A stretch of DNA of 64,000 nt. It comes from Eledone cirrhosa. Its lineage: Eukaryota. The stretch lies in the NCBI GenBank assembly GCA_964016885.1, contig CAXHJY010000096.1, positions 1,364,001 to 1,428,000 of the forward strand. Reading direction: 5' to 3'. The notes under the pieces were generated by a model. It did no database searches. It was given only the letters and a program-made list of their open reading frames with translations, and was not told where the DNA came from. The number at the start of each line of letters is the position of its first letter. The stretch's first letter is position 1. Positions 37,101-51,600 of this stretch are shown here, piece after piece. The position numbers were made by a program, and so were the translations under genes.

Positions 37101-40100
37101 AAAAATCAGGGGGAGATAATTTGTAAAAAAAATCAGGGGGAGATAATTTGTAAAAAAAAATCAGGGGTAGATAAATTGTAAAAAAAAATCAGGGGGAGAT
37201 AATTTGTAAAAAAAATCAGGGGGAGATAATTTGTAAAAAACATGAAAGGGGAGATAATATCCAGCCGTCCAAGGGGAGATAATTTCCAGCCGTCCAAGGG
37301 GAGATAATTTCCAGCCGTCCAAGGGGAGATAATTTCCATCCTTCCAAGGGGATATAATTTCCAGCCGTCCAAGGGGAGATAATTTCCCGCCAGCCAAGGG
37401 AAGATAATTTTTAAAAAAATCAGGCGGAGATTGTAAAAAAAATCAGGGGGGAGATAATTTGTAAAAAAATCAGGGGGAGATAATTTGTAAAAAAAAATCA
37501 GGGGGAGATAATTTGTAAAAAATAATCAGGGGGAGATAATTTGTAAAAAAAAATCAAGGGGAGATAATTTCCAGCCGTCCAAGGGGAGATAATTTCCCGC
37601 CAGCCAAGGGAAGATAATATTTAAAAAAATTAGGCGGAGATAATTTGTAAAAAAAATCAGGGGTAGATAATTTGTAAAAAAAAATGAGGGGGAGATAATT
37701 TGTAAAAAAAATCAAGGGGAGATAATTTCCAGCCGTCCAAGGGAAGATAATTTCCAGCCCTCCAAGGGGCTATAATTTCCAGCGTCCAAGGGGAGATAAT
37801 TTCCAGCCAGCGAAGGGGAGATAATTTTTTAAAAAAAATCATTGGGAGATTTGTAAAAAAAATCAGGGGGAGATAATTTGTAAAAAAAATCAAGGGGAGA
37901 TAATTTCCAGCCGTCCAAGGGGAGGTAATATCTAGCCGTCCAAGGGTAGATAATTTCCAGCCGTCCAACGGGAGATAATTTCCAGCCGTCCAAGGGTAGA
38001 TAATATCCAGCCGCCCAAGGACATATTTTCCAGCCGTCCAAGGAGAGGTAATTTCTAGCCGTCCAAGGGGAGATAATTTCCAGCCGTCCAAGGGTAGATA
38101 ATATCCAGCCGTCCAAGGACATATTTTCCAGCCGTCCAAGGAGAGGTAATTTCTAGCCGTCCAAGGGGAGATAAATTCCAGCCTCCAAGGGGAGATAATT
38201 TCCAGCCAGCCAAGGGGAGATAATTTGTAAAAAAATCAGGGGGAGATAATTTGTAAAAAAAATCAGGGGGAGATAATTTGTAAAAAAAAATCAGGGGGAG
38301 ATAATTTGTAAAAAAAAATCAGGGGGAGATAATTTGCAAAAAAAATCAGAGGGAGATAATTTGTAAAAAAAAATCAGGGGTAGATAATTTGTAAAAAAAA
38401 ATCAGGGGGAGATAATTTGTAAAAAAAAATCAGGGGGAGATAATTTGTAAAAAAAATCAAGGGGAGATAATTTCCAGCCGTCCAAGGAGAGATAATTTTA
38501 AAAAAAATCAGGCGGAGATAATTTGTAAAAAAAAATCAGGGGGAGATAATTTGTAAAAAAAAATCAGGGGGAGATAATTTGTAAAAAAAAATCAGGGGGA
38601 GATAATTTGTAAAAAAAATCAGGAGGAGATAATTTGTAAAAAAAATCAAGGGGAGATAATTTCCAGCCGTCCAAGGAGAGATAATTTAAAAAAAAATCAG
38701 GCGGAGATAATTTGTAAAAAAAAATCAGGGGGAGATAATTTGTAAAAAAAAATCAGGGGGAGATAATTTGTAAAAAAAATCAAGGGGAGATAATTTCCAG
38801 CCGTCCAAGGGGAGATAATTTTCAGCCGTCCAAGGGGAGATAATTTCCCGCCAGCCAAGGGAAGATAATATTCAAAAAAATCAGGCGGAGATAATTTGTA
38901 AAAAAAATCAGGGGGAGATAATTTGTAAAAAAATCAGGGGGAGATAATTTGTAAAAAAAAAAATCAGGGGGAGATAATTTTTAAAAAAAATCAGGGGGAG
39001 ATAATTTGTAAAAAAAAATCAGGGGTAGATAATTTGTAAAAAAAAATCAGGGGGAGATAATTTGTAAAAAAAAATCAGGGGGAGATAATTTGTAAAAAAA
39101 ATGAAAGGGGAGATAATATCCAGCCGTCCAAGGGGAGATAATTTCCAGCCGTCCAAGGGGAGATAATTTCCAGCCGTCCAAGGGGAGATAATTTCCATCC
39201 TTCCAAGGGGATATAATTTCCAGCCGTCCAAAGGGAGATAATTTCCATCCTTCCAAGGGGATATAATTTCCAGCCGTCCAAGGGGAGATAATTTTCAGCC
39301 GTCCAAGGAGAGGTAATTTCTAGCCGTCCAAGGAGAGATAATTTCCAGCCGTCCAAGGGGAGATAATTTCCAGCCGTCCAAGGGGAGATAATTTCCAGCC
39401 GTCCAAGGAGACATATTTTCCAGCCGTCCAAGGAGAGGTAATTCCTAGCCGTCCAAGGGGAGATAAATTCCAGCCTCCAAGGGGAGATAATTTCCAGCCA
39501 GCCAAGGGGAGATAATTTGTAAAAAAAATCAGGGGGAGATAATTTGTAAAAAAAATCAGGGGGAGATAATTTGTAAAAAAAAATCAGGGGGAGATAATTT
39601 GTAAAAAATAATCAGGGGGAGATAATTTGTAAAAAAAATCAAGGGGAGATAATTTCCAGCCGTCCAAGGGGAGATAATTTTCAGCCGTCCAAGGGGAGAT
39701 AATTTCCCGCCAGCCAAGGGAAGATAATATTTAAAAAAATTAGGCGGAGATAATTTGTAAAAAAAATCAGGGGGAGATAATTTGTAAAAAAATCAGGGGG
39801 AGATAATTTGTAAAAAAAATCAGGGGGAGATAATTTGTAAAAAAAATCAGGGGGAGATAATTTGTAAAAAAAAATCAGGGGGAGATAATTTGAAAAAAAT
39901 ATCAAGGGGAGATAATTTCCAGCCCTCCAAGGGGCTATAATTTCCAGCGTCCAAGGGGAGATAATTTCCAGCCAGCGAAGGGGAGATAATTTTTTTTAAA
40001 AAATCATTGGGAGATTTGTAAAAAAAATCAGGGGGAGATAATTTGTAAAAAAAATCAAGGGGAGATAATTTCCAGCCGTCCAAGGGGAGGTAATATCTAG

Positions 40101-41140
40101 CCGTCCAAGGGGAGATAATTTCCAGCCGTCCAAGGGGAGATAATTTCCAGCCGTCCAAGGGTAGATAATATCCAGCCGTCCAAGGACATATTTTCCAGCC
40201 GTCCAAGGAGAGGTAATTTCTAGCCGTCCAAGGGGAGATAAATTCCAGCCTCCAAGGTGAGATAATTTCCAGCCAGCCAAGGGGAGATAATTTGTAAAAA
40301 AATCAGGGGGAGATAATTTGTAAAAAAAATCAGGGGGAGATAATTTGTAAAAAAAAATCAGGGGGAGATAATTTGTAAAAAAAATCAGGGGGAGATAATT
40401 TGTAAAAAAAAATCAGGGGGAGATAATTTGTAAAAAAAATCAAGGGGAGATAATTTCCAGCCGTCCAAGGGGAGATAATTTCCCGCCAGCCAAGGGAAGA
40501 TAATATTTAAAAAAATCAGGCGGAGATAATTTGTAAAAAAATCAGGGGGAGATAATTTGTAAAAAAATCAGGGGGAGATAATTTGTAAAAAAAAAATCAG
40601 GGGGAGATAATTTGTAAAAAAAATCAGGGGGAGATAATTTGTAAAAAAAAATCAGGGGTAGATAAATTGTAAAAAAAAATCAGGGGGAGATAATTTGTAA
40701 AAAAAATCAGGGGGAGATAATTTGTAAAAAAAATGAAAGGGGAGATAATATCCAGCCGTCCAAGGGGAGATAATTTCCAGCCGTCCAAGGGGAGATAATT
40801 TCCAGCCGTCCAAGGGGAGATAATTTCCATCCTTCCAAGGGGATATAATTTCCAGCCGTCCAAGGGGAGATAATTTCCCGCCAGCCAAGGGAAGATAATT
40901 TTTAAAAAAATCAGGCGGAGATTGTAAAAAAAATCAGGGGGGAGATAATTTGTAAAAAAATCAGGGGGAGATAATTTGTAAAAAAAAATCAGGGGGAGAT
41001 AATTTGTAAAAAATAATCAGGGGGAGATAATTTGTAAAAAAAAATCAAGGGGAGATAATTTCCAGCCGTCCAAGGGGAGATAATTTCCCGCCAGCCAAGG
41101 GAAGATAATATTTAAAAAAATTAGGCGGAGATAATTTGTA
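34200..41140 (+). repeat. ~3.5-kb direct tandem duplication
   Basis: ORF offsets 34217->37657 (3440), 35502->39019 (3517) and 37133->40624 (3491). Shared variants: GATAATTTTTAAAA (G>T; ~35460/38980) and T6A8-TCATTGG (34385/37825). Confidence 0.85.
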
Positions 41141-44100
41141 AAAAAAATCAGGGGGAGATAATTTGTAAAAAAATCAGGGGGAGATAATTTGTAAAAAAAA
41201 TCAGGGGGAGATAATTTGTAAAAAAAATCATGGGGAGATAATTTGTAAAAAAAAATCAGGGGTAGATAATTTGTAAAAAAAAATCAGGGGGAGATAATTT
41301 GTAAAAAAAAATCAGGGGGAGATAATTTGTAAAAAAAATCAAGGGGAGATAATTTCCAGCCGTCCAAGGGGAGATAATTTTCAGCTGTCCAAGGAGAGGT
41401 AATTTCTAGCCGTCCAAGGGGAGATAATTTCCAGCCGTCCAAGGGGAGGTAATTTCCAGCCGTCCAAGGGGAGATAATTTAAAAAAAAAAATCAGGCGGA
41501 GATAATTTGTAAAAAAAATCAAGGGGAGATAATTTGCAGCCGTCCAAGGGGAGATAATTTTCAGTCGTCCAAGGAGAGGTAATTTCTAGCCGTCCAAGGG
41601 GAGATAATTGCCAGCCGTCCAAGGGGAGATAATTTCCAGCCGTCCAAGGGGAGATAATTTTTTTTTAAAAATCAGGCGGAGATAATTTGTAAAAAAAATC
41701 AGGGGGAGATAATTTGTAAACAAAATCAGGGGGAGATAATTTGTAAAAAAAAATCAGGGGGAGATAATTTGTAAAAAAAATCATGGAGAGATAATTTCCA
41801 GCCGTCCAAGGTGAGATAATTTCCAGCCGTCCAAGGAGACATATTTTCCAGCCGTCCAAGGCGAGGTAATTTCTAGCCGTCCAAGGGGAGATAAATTCCA
41901 GCCTCCAAGGGGAGATAATTTCCAGCCAGCCAAGTGGAGATAATTTGTAAAAAAATCAGGGGGAGATAATTTGTAAAAAATATCAGGGAGATAATTTGTA
42001 AAAAAAAATCGGGGGAGATAATTTGTAAAAAAAATCAGGGGGAGATAATTTGTAAAAAAAAATCAGGGGGAGATAATTTGTAAAAAAAATCAAGGGGAGA
42101 TAATTTTCAGCCGTCCAAGGGGAGATAATTTCCCGCCAGCCATGGGAAGATAATATTTAAAAAAATCAGGCGGAGATAATTTGTAAAAAAAATCAGGGGG
42201 AGATAATTTGTAAAAAAATCAGGGGGAGATAATTTGTAAAAAAAAAATCAGGGGGAGATAATTTGTAAAAAAAATCAGGGGGAGATAATTTGTAAAAAAA
42301 AATCAAGGGGAGATAATTTCCAGCCGTCCAAGGGGATATAATTTCCAGCCGTCCAAGGGGAGATAATTTCCATCCTTCCAAGGGGATATAATTTCCAGCC
42401 GTCCAAGGGGAGATAATTTCCCGCCAGCCAAGGGAAGATAATTTTTAAAAAAATCAGGCGGAGATTGTAAAAAAAATCAGGGGGGAGATAATTTGTAAAA
42501 AAATCAGGAGGAGATAATTTGTAAAAAATAATCAGGGGGAGATAATTTGTAAAAAAATTCAAGGGGAGATAATTTCCAGCCGTCCAAGGGGAGATAATTT
42601 CCCGCCAGCCAAGGGAAGATAATATTTAAAAAAATTAGGCGGAGATAATTTGTAAAAAAAATCAGGGGGAGATAATTTGTAAAAAAATCAGGGGGAGATA
42701 ATTTGTAAAAAAAATCAGGGGGAGATAATTTGTAAAAAAAATCATGGGGAGATAATTTGTAAAAAAAAATCAGGGGTAGATAATTTGTAAAAAAAAATCA
42801 GGGGGAGATAATTTGTAAAAAAAAATCAGGGGGAGATAATTTGTAAAAAAAATCAAGGGGAGATAATATCCAGCCGTCCAAGGAGAGATAATTTTAAAAA
42901 AAAATGAGGCGGAGATAATTTGTAAAAAAAAAATCAGGGGGAGTTAATTTGTAAAAAAAAATGAGGGGGAGATAATTTGTAAAAAAAATCAAGGGGAGAT
43001 AATTTCCAGCCGTCCAAGGGGAGATAATTTTCAGCCGTCCAAGGAGAGGTAATTTCTAGCCGTCCAAGGGGAGATAATTTCCAGCCGTCCAAGGGGAGGT
43101 AATTTCCAGCCGTCCAAGGGGAGATAAATTAAAAAAAAAATCAGGCGGAGATAATTTGTAAAAAAAATCAAGGGGAGATAATTTGCAGCCGTCCAATGGG
43201 AGATAATTTTCAGTCGTCCAAGGAGAGGTAATTTCTAGCCGTCCAAGGGGAGATAATTTCCAGCCGTCCAAGGGGAGATAATTTCCAGCCGTCCAAGGGG
43301 AGATAATTTTTTTTTAAAAATCAGGCGGAGATAATTTGTAAAAAAAATCAGGGGGAGATAATTTGTAAACAAAATCAGGGGGAGATAATTTGTAAAAAAA
43401 AATCAGGGGGAGATAATTTGTAAAAAAAATTAGGCGTAGATAATTTGTAAAAAAAAATCAGGGGGAGATAATTTGTAAAAAAAAATCAGGGGGAGATAAT
43501 TTGTTTAAAAAATCAAGGGGAGATAATTTGCAGCCGTCCAAGGGGAGATAATTTTCAGCCGTCCAAGGAGAGGTAATTTCTAGCCGTTCAAGGGGAGATA
43601 ATTTCCAGCCGTCCAAGGGGAGATAATTTCCAGCCGTCCAAGGGGAGATAATTTTTTTTTAAAAATCAGGCGGACATAATTTGTAAAAAAAAATCAGGGG
43701 GAGATAATTCGTAAAAAAAAATCAGGGGGAGATAATTTGTAAAAAAAAATCAGGGGGAGATAATTTGTAAAAAAAATCAAGGGGAGATAATTTCCAGCCG
43801 TCCAAGGGAAGATAATTTCCAGCCCTCCAAGGGGCTATAATTTCCAGCGTCCAAGGGGAGATAATTTCCAGCCAGCGAAGGGGAGATAATTTTTTTAAAA
43901 AAATCATTGGGAGATTTGTAAAAAAAATCAGGGGGAGATAATTTGTAAAAAAAATCAAGGGGAGATAATTTCCAGCCGTCCAAGGGGAGGTAATATCTAG
44001 CCGTCCAAGGGTAGATAATTTCCAGCCGTCCAACGGGAGATAATTTCCAGCCGTCCAAGGGTAGATAATATCCAGCCGCCCAAGGACATATTTTCCAGCC

Positions 44101-47100
44101 GTCCAAGGAGAGGTAATTTCTAGCCGTCCAAGGGGAGATAATTTCCAGCCGTCCAAGGGTAGATAATATCCAGCCGTCCAAGGACATATTTTCCAGCCGT
44201 CCAAGGAGAGGTAATTTCTAGCCGTCCAAGGGGAGATAAATTCCAGCCTCCAAGGGGAGATAATTTCCAGCCAGCCAAGGGGAGATAATTTGTAAAAAAA
44301 TCAGGGGGAGATAATTTGTAAAAAAAATCAGGGGGAGATAATTTGTAAAAAAAAATCAGGGGGAGATAATTTGTAAAAAAAAATCAGGGGGAGATAATTT
44401 GCAAAAAAAATCAGGGGGAGATAATTTGTAAAAAAAAATCAGGGGTAGATAATTTGTAAAAAAAAATCAGGGGGAGATAATTTGTAAAAAAAAATCAGGG
44501 GGAGATAATTTGTAAAAAAAATCAAGGGGAGATAATTTCCAGCCGTCCAAGGAGAGATAATTTAAAAAAAAATCAGGCGGAGATAATTTGTAAAAAAAAA
44601 TCAGGGGGAGATAATTTGTAAAAAAAAATCAGGGGGAGATAATTTGTAAAAAAAAATCAGGGGGAGATAATTTGTAAAAAAAATCAGGAGGAGATAATTT
44701 GTAAAAAAAATCAAGGGGAGATAATTTCCAGCCGTCCAAGGAGAGATAATTTAAAAAAAAATCAGGCGGAGATAATTTGTAAAAAAAAATCAGGGGGAGA
44801 TAATTTGTAAAAAAAAATCAGGGGGAGATAATTTGTAAAAAAAATCAAGGGGAGATAATTTCCAGCCGTCCAAGGGGAGATAATTTTCAGCCGTCCAAGG
44901 GGAGATAATTTCCCGCCAGCCAAGGGAAGATAATATTCAAAAAAATCAGGCGGAGATAATTTGTAAAAAAAATCAGGGGGAGATAATTTGTAAAAAAATC
45001 AGGGGGAGATAATTTGTAAAAAAAAAAATCAGGGGGAGATAATTTTTAAAAAAAATCAGGGGGAGATAATTTGTAAAAAAAAATCAGGGGTAGATAATTT
45101 GTAAAAAAAAATCAGGGGGAGATAATTTGTAAAAAAAAATCAGGGGGAGATAATTTGTAAAAAAAATGAAAGGGGAGATAATATCCAGCCGTCCAAGGGG
45201 AGATAATTTCCAGCCGTCCAAGGGGAGATAATTTCCAGCCGTCCAAGGAGAGATAATTTCCATCCTTCCAAGGGGATATAATTTCCAGCCGTCCAAGGGG
45301 AGATAATTTCCATCCTTCCAAGGGGATATAATTTCCAGCCGTCCAAGGGGAGATAATTTTCAGCCGTCCAAGGAGAGGTAATTTCTAGCCGTCCAAGGAG
45401 AGATAATTTCCAGCCGTCCAAGGGGAGATAATTTCCAGCCGTCCAAGGGGAGATAATTTCCAGCCGTCCAAGGAGACATATTTTCCAGCCGTCCAAGGAG
45501 AGGTAATTCCTAGCCGTCCAAGGGGAGATAAATTCCAGCCTCCAAGGGGAGATAATTTCCAGCCAGCCAAGGGGAGATAATTTGTAAAAAAAATCAGGGG
45601 GAGATAATTTGTAAAAAAAATCAGGGGGAGATAATTTGTAAAAAAAAATCAGGGGGAGATAATTTGTAAAAAATAATCAGGGGGAGATAATTTGTAAAAA
45701 AAATCAAGGGGAGATAATTTCCAGCCGTCCAAGGGGAGATAATTTTCAGCCGTCCAAGGGGAGATAATTTCCCGCCAGCCAAGGGAAGATAATATTTAAA
45801 AAAATTAGGCGGAGATAATTTGTAAAAAAAATCAGGGGGAGATAATTTGTAAAAAAATCAGGGGGAGATAATTTGTAAAAAAAATCAGGGGGAGATAATT
45901 TGTAAAAAAAATCAGGGGGAGATAATTTGTAAAAAAAAATCAGGGGGAGATAATTTGTAAAAAAAATCAAGGGGAGATAATTTCCAGCCGTCCAAGGGAA
46001 GATAATTTCCAGCCCTCCAAGGGGCTATAATTTCCAGCGTCCAAGGGGAGATAATTTCCAGCCAGCGAAGGGGAGATAATTTTTTTTAAAAAATCATTGG
46101 GAGATTTGTAAAAAAAATCAGGGGGAGATAATTTGTAAAAAAAATCAAGGGGAGATAATTTCCAGCCGTCCAAGGGGAGGTAATATCTAGCCGTCCAAGG
46201 GGAGATAATTTCCAGCCGTCCAAGGGGAGATAATTTCCAGCCGTCCAAGGGTAGATAATATCCAGCCGTCCAAGGACATATTTTCCAGCCGTCCAAGGAG
46301 AGGTAATTTCTAGCCGTCCAAGGGGAGATAAATTCCAGCCTCCAAGGTGAGATAATTTCCAGCCGTCCAAGGGGAGATAATTTCCAGCCGTCCAAGGGGA
46401 GATAATATCCAGCCGTCCAAGGGGAGATAATTTCCAGCCGTCCAAGGGGAGATAATTTCCAGCCGTCCAAGGGGAGATAATTTCCATCCTTCCAAGGGGA
46501 TATAATTTCCAGCCGTCCAAGGGGAGATAATTTCCCGCCAGCCAAGGGAAGATAATTTTTAAAAAAATCAGGCGGAGATTGTAAAAAAAATCAGGGGGGA
46601 GATAATTTGTAAAAAAATCAGGGGGAGATAATTTGTAAAAAATAATCAGGGGGAGATAATTTGTAAAAAAAAATCAAGGGGAGATAATTTCCAGCCGTCC
46701 AAGGGGAGATAATTTCCCGCCAGCCAAGGGAAGATAATATTTAAAAAAATTAGGCGGAGATAATTTGTAAAAAAAATCAGGGGGAGATAATTTGTAAAAA
46801 AATCAGGGGGAGATAATTTGTAAAAAAAATCAGGGGGAGATAATTTGTAAAAAAAATCATGGGGAGATAATTTGTAAAAAAAAATCAGGGGTAGATAATT
46901 TGTAAAAAAAAATCAGGGGGAGATAATTTGTAAAAAAAAATCAGGGGGAGATAATTTGTAAAAAAAATCAAGGGGAGATAATTTCCAGCCGTCCAAGGGG
47001 AGATAATTTTCAGCTGTCCAAGGAGAGGTAATTTCTAGCCGTCCAAGGGGAGATAATTTCCAGCCGTCCAAGGGGAGGTAATTTCCAGCCGTCCAAGGGG

Positions 47101-48639
47101 AGATAATTTTAAAAAAAAAATCAGGCGGAGATAATTTGTAAAAAAAATCAAGGGGAGATAATTTGCAGCCGTCCAAGGGGAGATAATTTTCAGTCGTCCA
47201 AGGAGAGGTAATTTCTAGCCGTCCAAGGGGAGATAATTGCCAGCCGTCCAAGGGGAGATAATTTCCAGCCGTCCAAGGGGAGATAATTTTTTTTAAAAAA
47301 TCAGGCGGAGATAATTTGTAAAAAAAATCAGGGGGAGATAATTTGTAAAAAAAATCAGGGGGAGATAATTTCTAAAAAAAAATCAGGGGTAGATAATTTG
47401 TAAAAAAAAATCAAGGGGAGATAATTTGTAAAAAAAATCAAGGGGAGATAATTTCCAGCCGTCCAAGGGAAGATAATTTCCAGCCCTCCAAGGGGCTATA
47501 ATTTCCAGCGTCCAAGGGGAGATAATTTCCAGCCAGCGAAGGGGAGATAATTTTTTAAAAAAAATCATTGGGAGATTTGTAAAAAAAATCAGGGGGAGAT
47601 AATTTGTAAAAAAAATCAAGGGGAGATAATTTCCAGCCGTCCAAGGGGAGGTAATATCTAGCCGTCCAAGGGTAGATAATTTCCAGCCGTCCAACGGGAG
47701 ATAATTTCCAGCCGTCCAAGGGTAGATAATATCCACCCGCCCAAGGACATATTTTCCAGCCGTCCAAGGAGAGGTAATTTCTAGCCGTCCAAGGGGAGAT
47801 AATTTCCAGCCGTCCAAGGGTAGATAATATCCAGCCGTCCAAGGACATATTTTCCAGCCGTCCAAGGAGAGGTAATTTCTAGCCGTCCAAGGGGAGATAA
47901 ATTCCAGCCTCCAAGGGGAGATAATTTCCAGCCAGCCAAGGGGAGATAATTTGTAAAAAAATCAGGGGAAGATAATTTGTAAAAAAAATCAGGGGGAGAT
48001 AATTTGTAAAAAAAAATCAGGGGGAGATAATTTGTAAAAAAAAATCAGGGGGAGATAATTTGCAAAAAAAATCAGGGGGAGATAATTTGTAAAAAAAATC
48101 AGGGGGAGATAATTTGTAAAAAAAATCAAGGGGAGATAATTTCCAGCCGTCCAAGGAGAGATAATTTTAAAAAAAATCAGGCGGAGATAATTTGTAAAAA
48201 AAAATCAGGGGGAGATAATTTGTAAAAAAAAATCAGGGGGAGATAATTTGTAAAAAAAAATCAGGGGGAGATAATTTGTAAAAAAAATCAGGAGGAGATA
48301 ATTTGTAAAAAAAATCAAGGGGAGATAATTTCCAGCCGTCCAAGGAGAGATAATTTAAAAAAAAATCAGGCGGAGATAATTTGTAAAAAAAAATCAGGGG
48401 GAGATAATTTTAAAAAAAAAATCAGGGGGAGATAATTTGTAAAAAAAATCAAGGGGAGATAATTTCCAGCCGTCCAAGGAGAGATAATTTTAAAAAAAAT
48501 CAGGCGGAGATAATTTGTAAAAAAAAATTAGGGGGAGATAATTTGTAAAAAAAAATCAGGGGGAGATAATTTGTAAAAAAAATCAAGGGGAGATAATTTC
48601 CAGCCGTCCAAGGAGAGATAATTTTAAAAAAAATCAGGG

Positions 48640-51600
48640 GGAGATAATTTGTAAAAAAATCAGGGGGAGATAATTTGTAAAAAAAAAAATCAGGGGGAGA
48701 TAATTTGTAAAAAAAATCAGGGGGAGATAATTTGTAAAAAAAAATCAGGGGTAGATAATTTGTAAAAAAAAATCAGGGGGAGATAATTTGTAAAAAAAAA
48801 TCAGGGGCAGATAATTTGTAAAAAAAATGAAAGGGGAGATAATATCCAGCCGTCCAAGGGGAGATAATTTCCAGCCGTCCAAGGGGAGATAATTTCCAGC
48901 CGTCCAAGGGGAGAAAATTTCCATCCTTCCAAGGGGATATAATTTCCAGCCGGCCAAGGGGAGATAATTTCCATCCTTCCAAGGGGATATAATTTCCAGC
49001 CGTCCAAGGGGAGATAATTTTCAGCCGTCCAAGGAGAGGTAATTTCTAGCCGTCCAAGGAGAGATAATTTCCAGCCGTCCAAGGGGAGATAATTTCCAGC
49101 CGTCCAAGGGGAGATAATTTCCAGCCGTCCAAGGAGACATATTTTCCAGCCGTCCAAGGAGAGGTAATTCCTAGCCGTCCAAGGGGAGATAAATTCCAGC
49201 CTCCAAGGGGAGATAATTTCCAGCCAGCCAAGGGGAGATAATTTGTAAAAAAAATCAGGGGGAGATAATTTCTAAAAAAAATCAGGGGGAGATAATTTGT
49301 AAAAAAAAATCAGGGGGAGATAATTTGTAAAAAATAATCAGGGGGAGATAATTTGTAAAAAAAATCAAGGGGAGATAATTTCCAGCCGTCCAAGGGGAGA
49401 TAATTTTCAGCCGTCCAAGGGGAGATAATTTCCCACCAGCCAAGGGAAGATAATATTTAAAAAAATTAGGCGGAGATAATTTGTAAAAAAAATCAGGGGG
49501 AGATAATTTGTAAAAAAATCAGGGGGAGATAATTTGTAAAAAAAATCAGGGGGAGATAATTTGTAAAAAAAATCAGGGGGAGATAATTTGTAAAAAAAAA
49601 TCAGGGGTAGATAATTTGTAAAAAAAAATCAGGGGGAGATAATTTGTAAAAAAAAATCAGGGGGAGATAATTTGTAAAAAAAATCAAGGGGAGATAATTT
49701 CCAGCCGTCCAAGGAGAGATAATTTAAAAAAAAATCAGGCGGAGATAATTTGTAAAAAAAAATCAGGGGGAGATAATTTGTAAAAAAAAATCAGGGGGAG
49801 ATAATTTGTAGAAAAAATCAAGGGGAGATAATTTCCAGCCGTCCAAGGGGAGATAATTTTCAGCCGTCCAAGGGGAGATAATTTCCCGCCAGCCAAGGGA
49901 AGATAATATTCAAAAAAATCAGGCGGAGATAATTTGTAAAAAAAATCAGGGGGAGATAATTTGTAAAAAAATCAGGGGGAGATAATTTGTAAAAAAAAAA
50001 ATCAGGGGGAGATAATTTGTAAAAAAAATCAGGGGGAGATAATTTGTAAAAAAAAATCAGGGGTAGATAATTTGTAAAAAAAAATCAGGGGGAGATAATT
50101 TGTAAAAAAAAATCAGGGGGAGATAATTTGTAAAAAAAATGAAAGGGGAGATAATATCCAGCCGTCCAAGGGGAGATAATTTCCAGCCGTCCAAGGAGAG
50201 ATAATTTCCAGCCGTCCAAGGGGAGATAATTTCCATCCTTCCAAGGGGATATAATTTCCAGCCGTCCAAGGGGAGATAATTTCCATCCTTCCAAGGGGAT
50301 ATAATTTCCAGCCGTCCAAGGGGAGATAATTTTCAGCCGTCCAAGGAGAGGTAATTTCTAGCCGTCCAAGGAGAGATAATTTCCAGCCGTCCAAGGGGAG
50401 ATAATTTCCAGCCGTCCAAGGGGAGATAATTTCCAGCCGTCCAAGGAGACATATTTTCCAGCCGTCCAAGGAGAGGTAATTCCTAGCCGTCCAAGGGGAG
50501 ATAAATTCCAGCCTCCAAGGGGAGATAATTTCCAGCCAGCCAAGGGGAGATAATTTGTAAAAAAAATCAGGGGGAGATAATTTGTAAAAAAAATCAGGGG
50601 GAGATAATTTGTAAAAAAAAATCAGGGGGAGATAATTTGTAAAAAAAATCAAGGGGAGATAATTTCCAGCCGTCCAAGGGGAGATAATTTTCAGCCGTCC
50701 AAGGGGAGATAATTTCCCGCCAGCCAAGGGAAGATAATATTCAAAAAAATCAGGCGGAGATAATTTGTAAAAAAAATCAGGGGGAGATAATTTGTAAAAA
50801 AATCAGGGGGAGATAATTTGTAAAAAAAAAAATCAGGGGGAGATAATTTGTAAAAAAAATCAGGGGGAGATAATTTGTAAAAAAAAATCAGGGGTAGATA
50901 ATTTGTAAAAAAAAATCAGGGGGAGATAATTTGTAAAAAAAAATCAGGGGGAGATAATTTGTAAAAAAAATGAAAGGGGAGATAATATCCAGCCGTCCAA
51001 GGGGAGATAATTTCCAGCCGTCCAAGGGGAGATAATTTCCAGCCGTCCAAGGGGAGATAATTTCCATCCTTCCAAGGGGATATAATTTCCAGCCGTCCAA
51101 GGGGAGATAATTTCCATCCTTCCAAGGGGATATAATTTCCAGCCGTCCAAGGGGAGATAATTTTCAGCCGTCCAAGGAGAGGTAATTTCTAGCCGTCCAA
51201 GGAGAGATAATTTCCAGCCGTCCAAGGGGAGATAATTTCCAGCCGTCCAAGGGGAGATAATTTCCAGCCGTCCAAGGAGACATATTTTCCAGCCGTCCAA
51301 GGAGAGGTAATTCCTAGCCGTCCAAGGGGAGATAAATTCCAGCCTCCAAGGGGAGATAATTTCCAGCCAGCCAAGGGGAGATAATTTGTAAAAAAAATCA
51401 GGGGGAGATAATTTGTAAAAAAATCAGGGGGAGATAATTTGTAAAAAAAATCAGGGGGAGATAATTTGTAAAAAAAATCAGGGGGAGATAATTTGTAAAA
51501 AAAAATCAGGGGTAGATAATTTGTAAAAAAAAATCAGGGGGAGATAATTTGTAAAAAAATCAAGGGGAGATAATTTCCAGCCGTCCAAGGGAAGATAATT

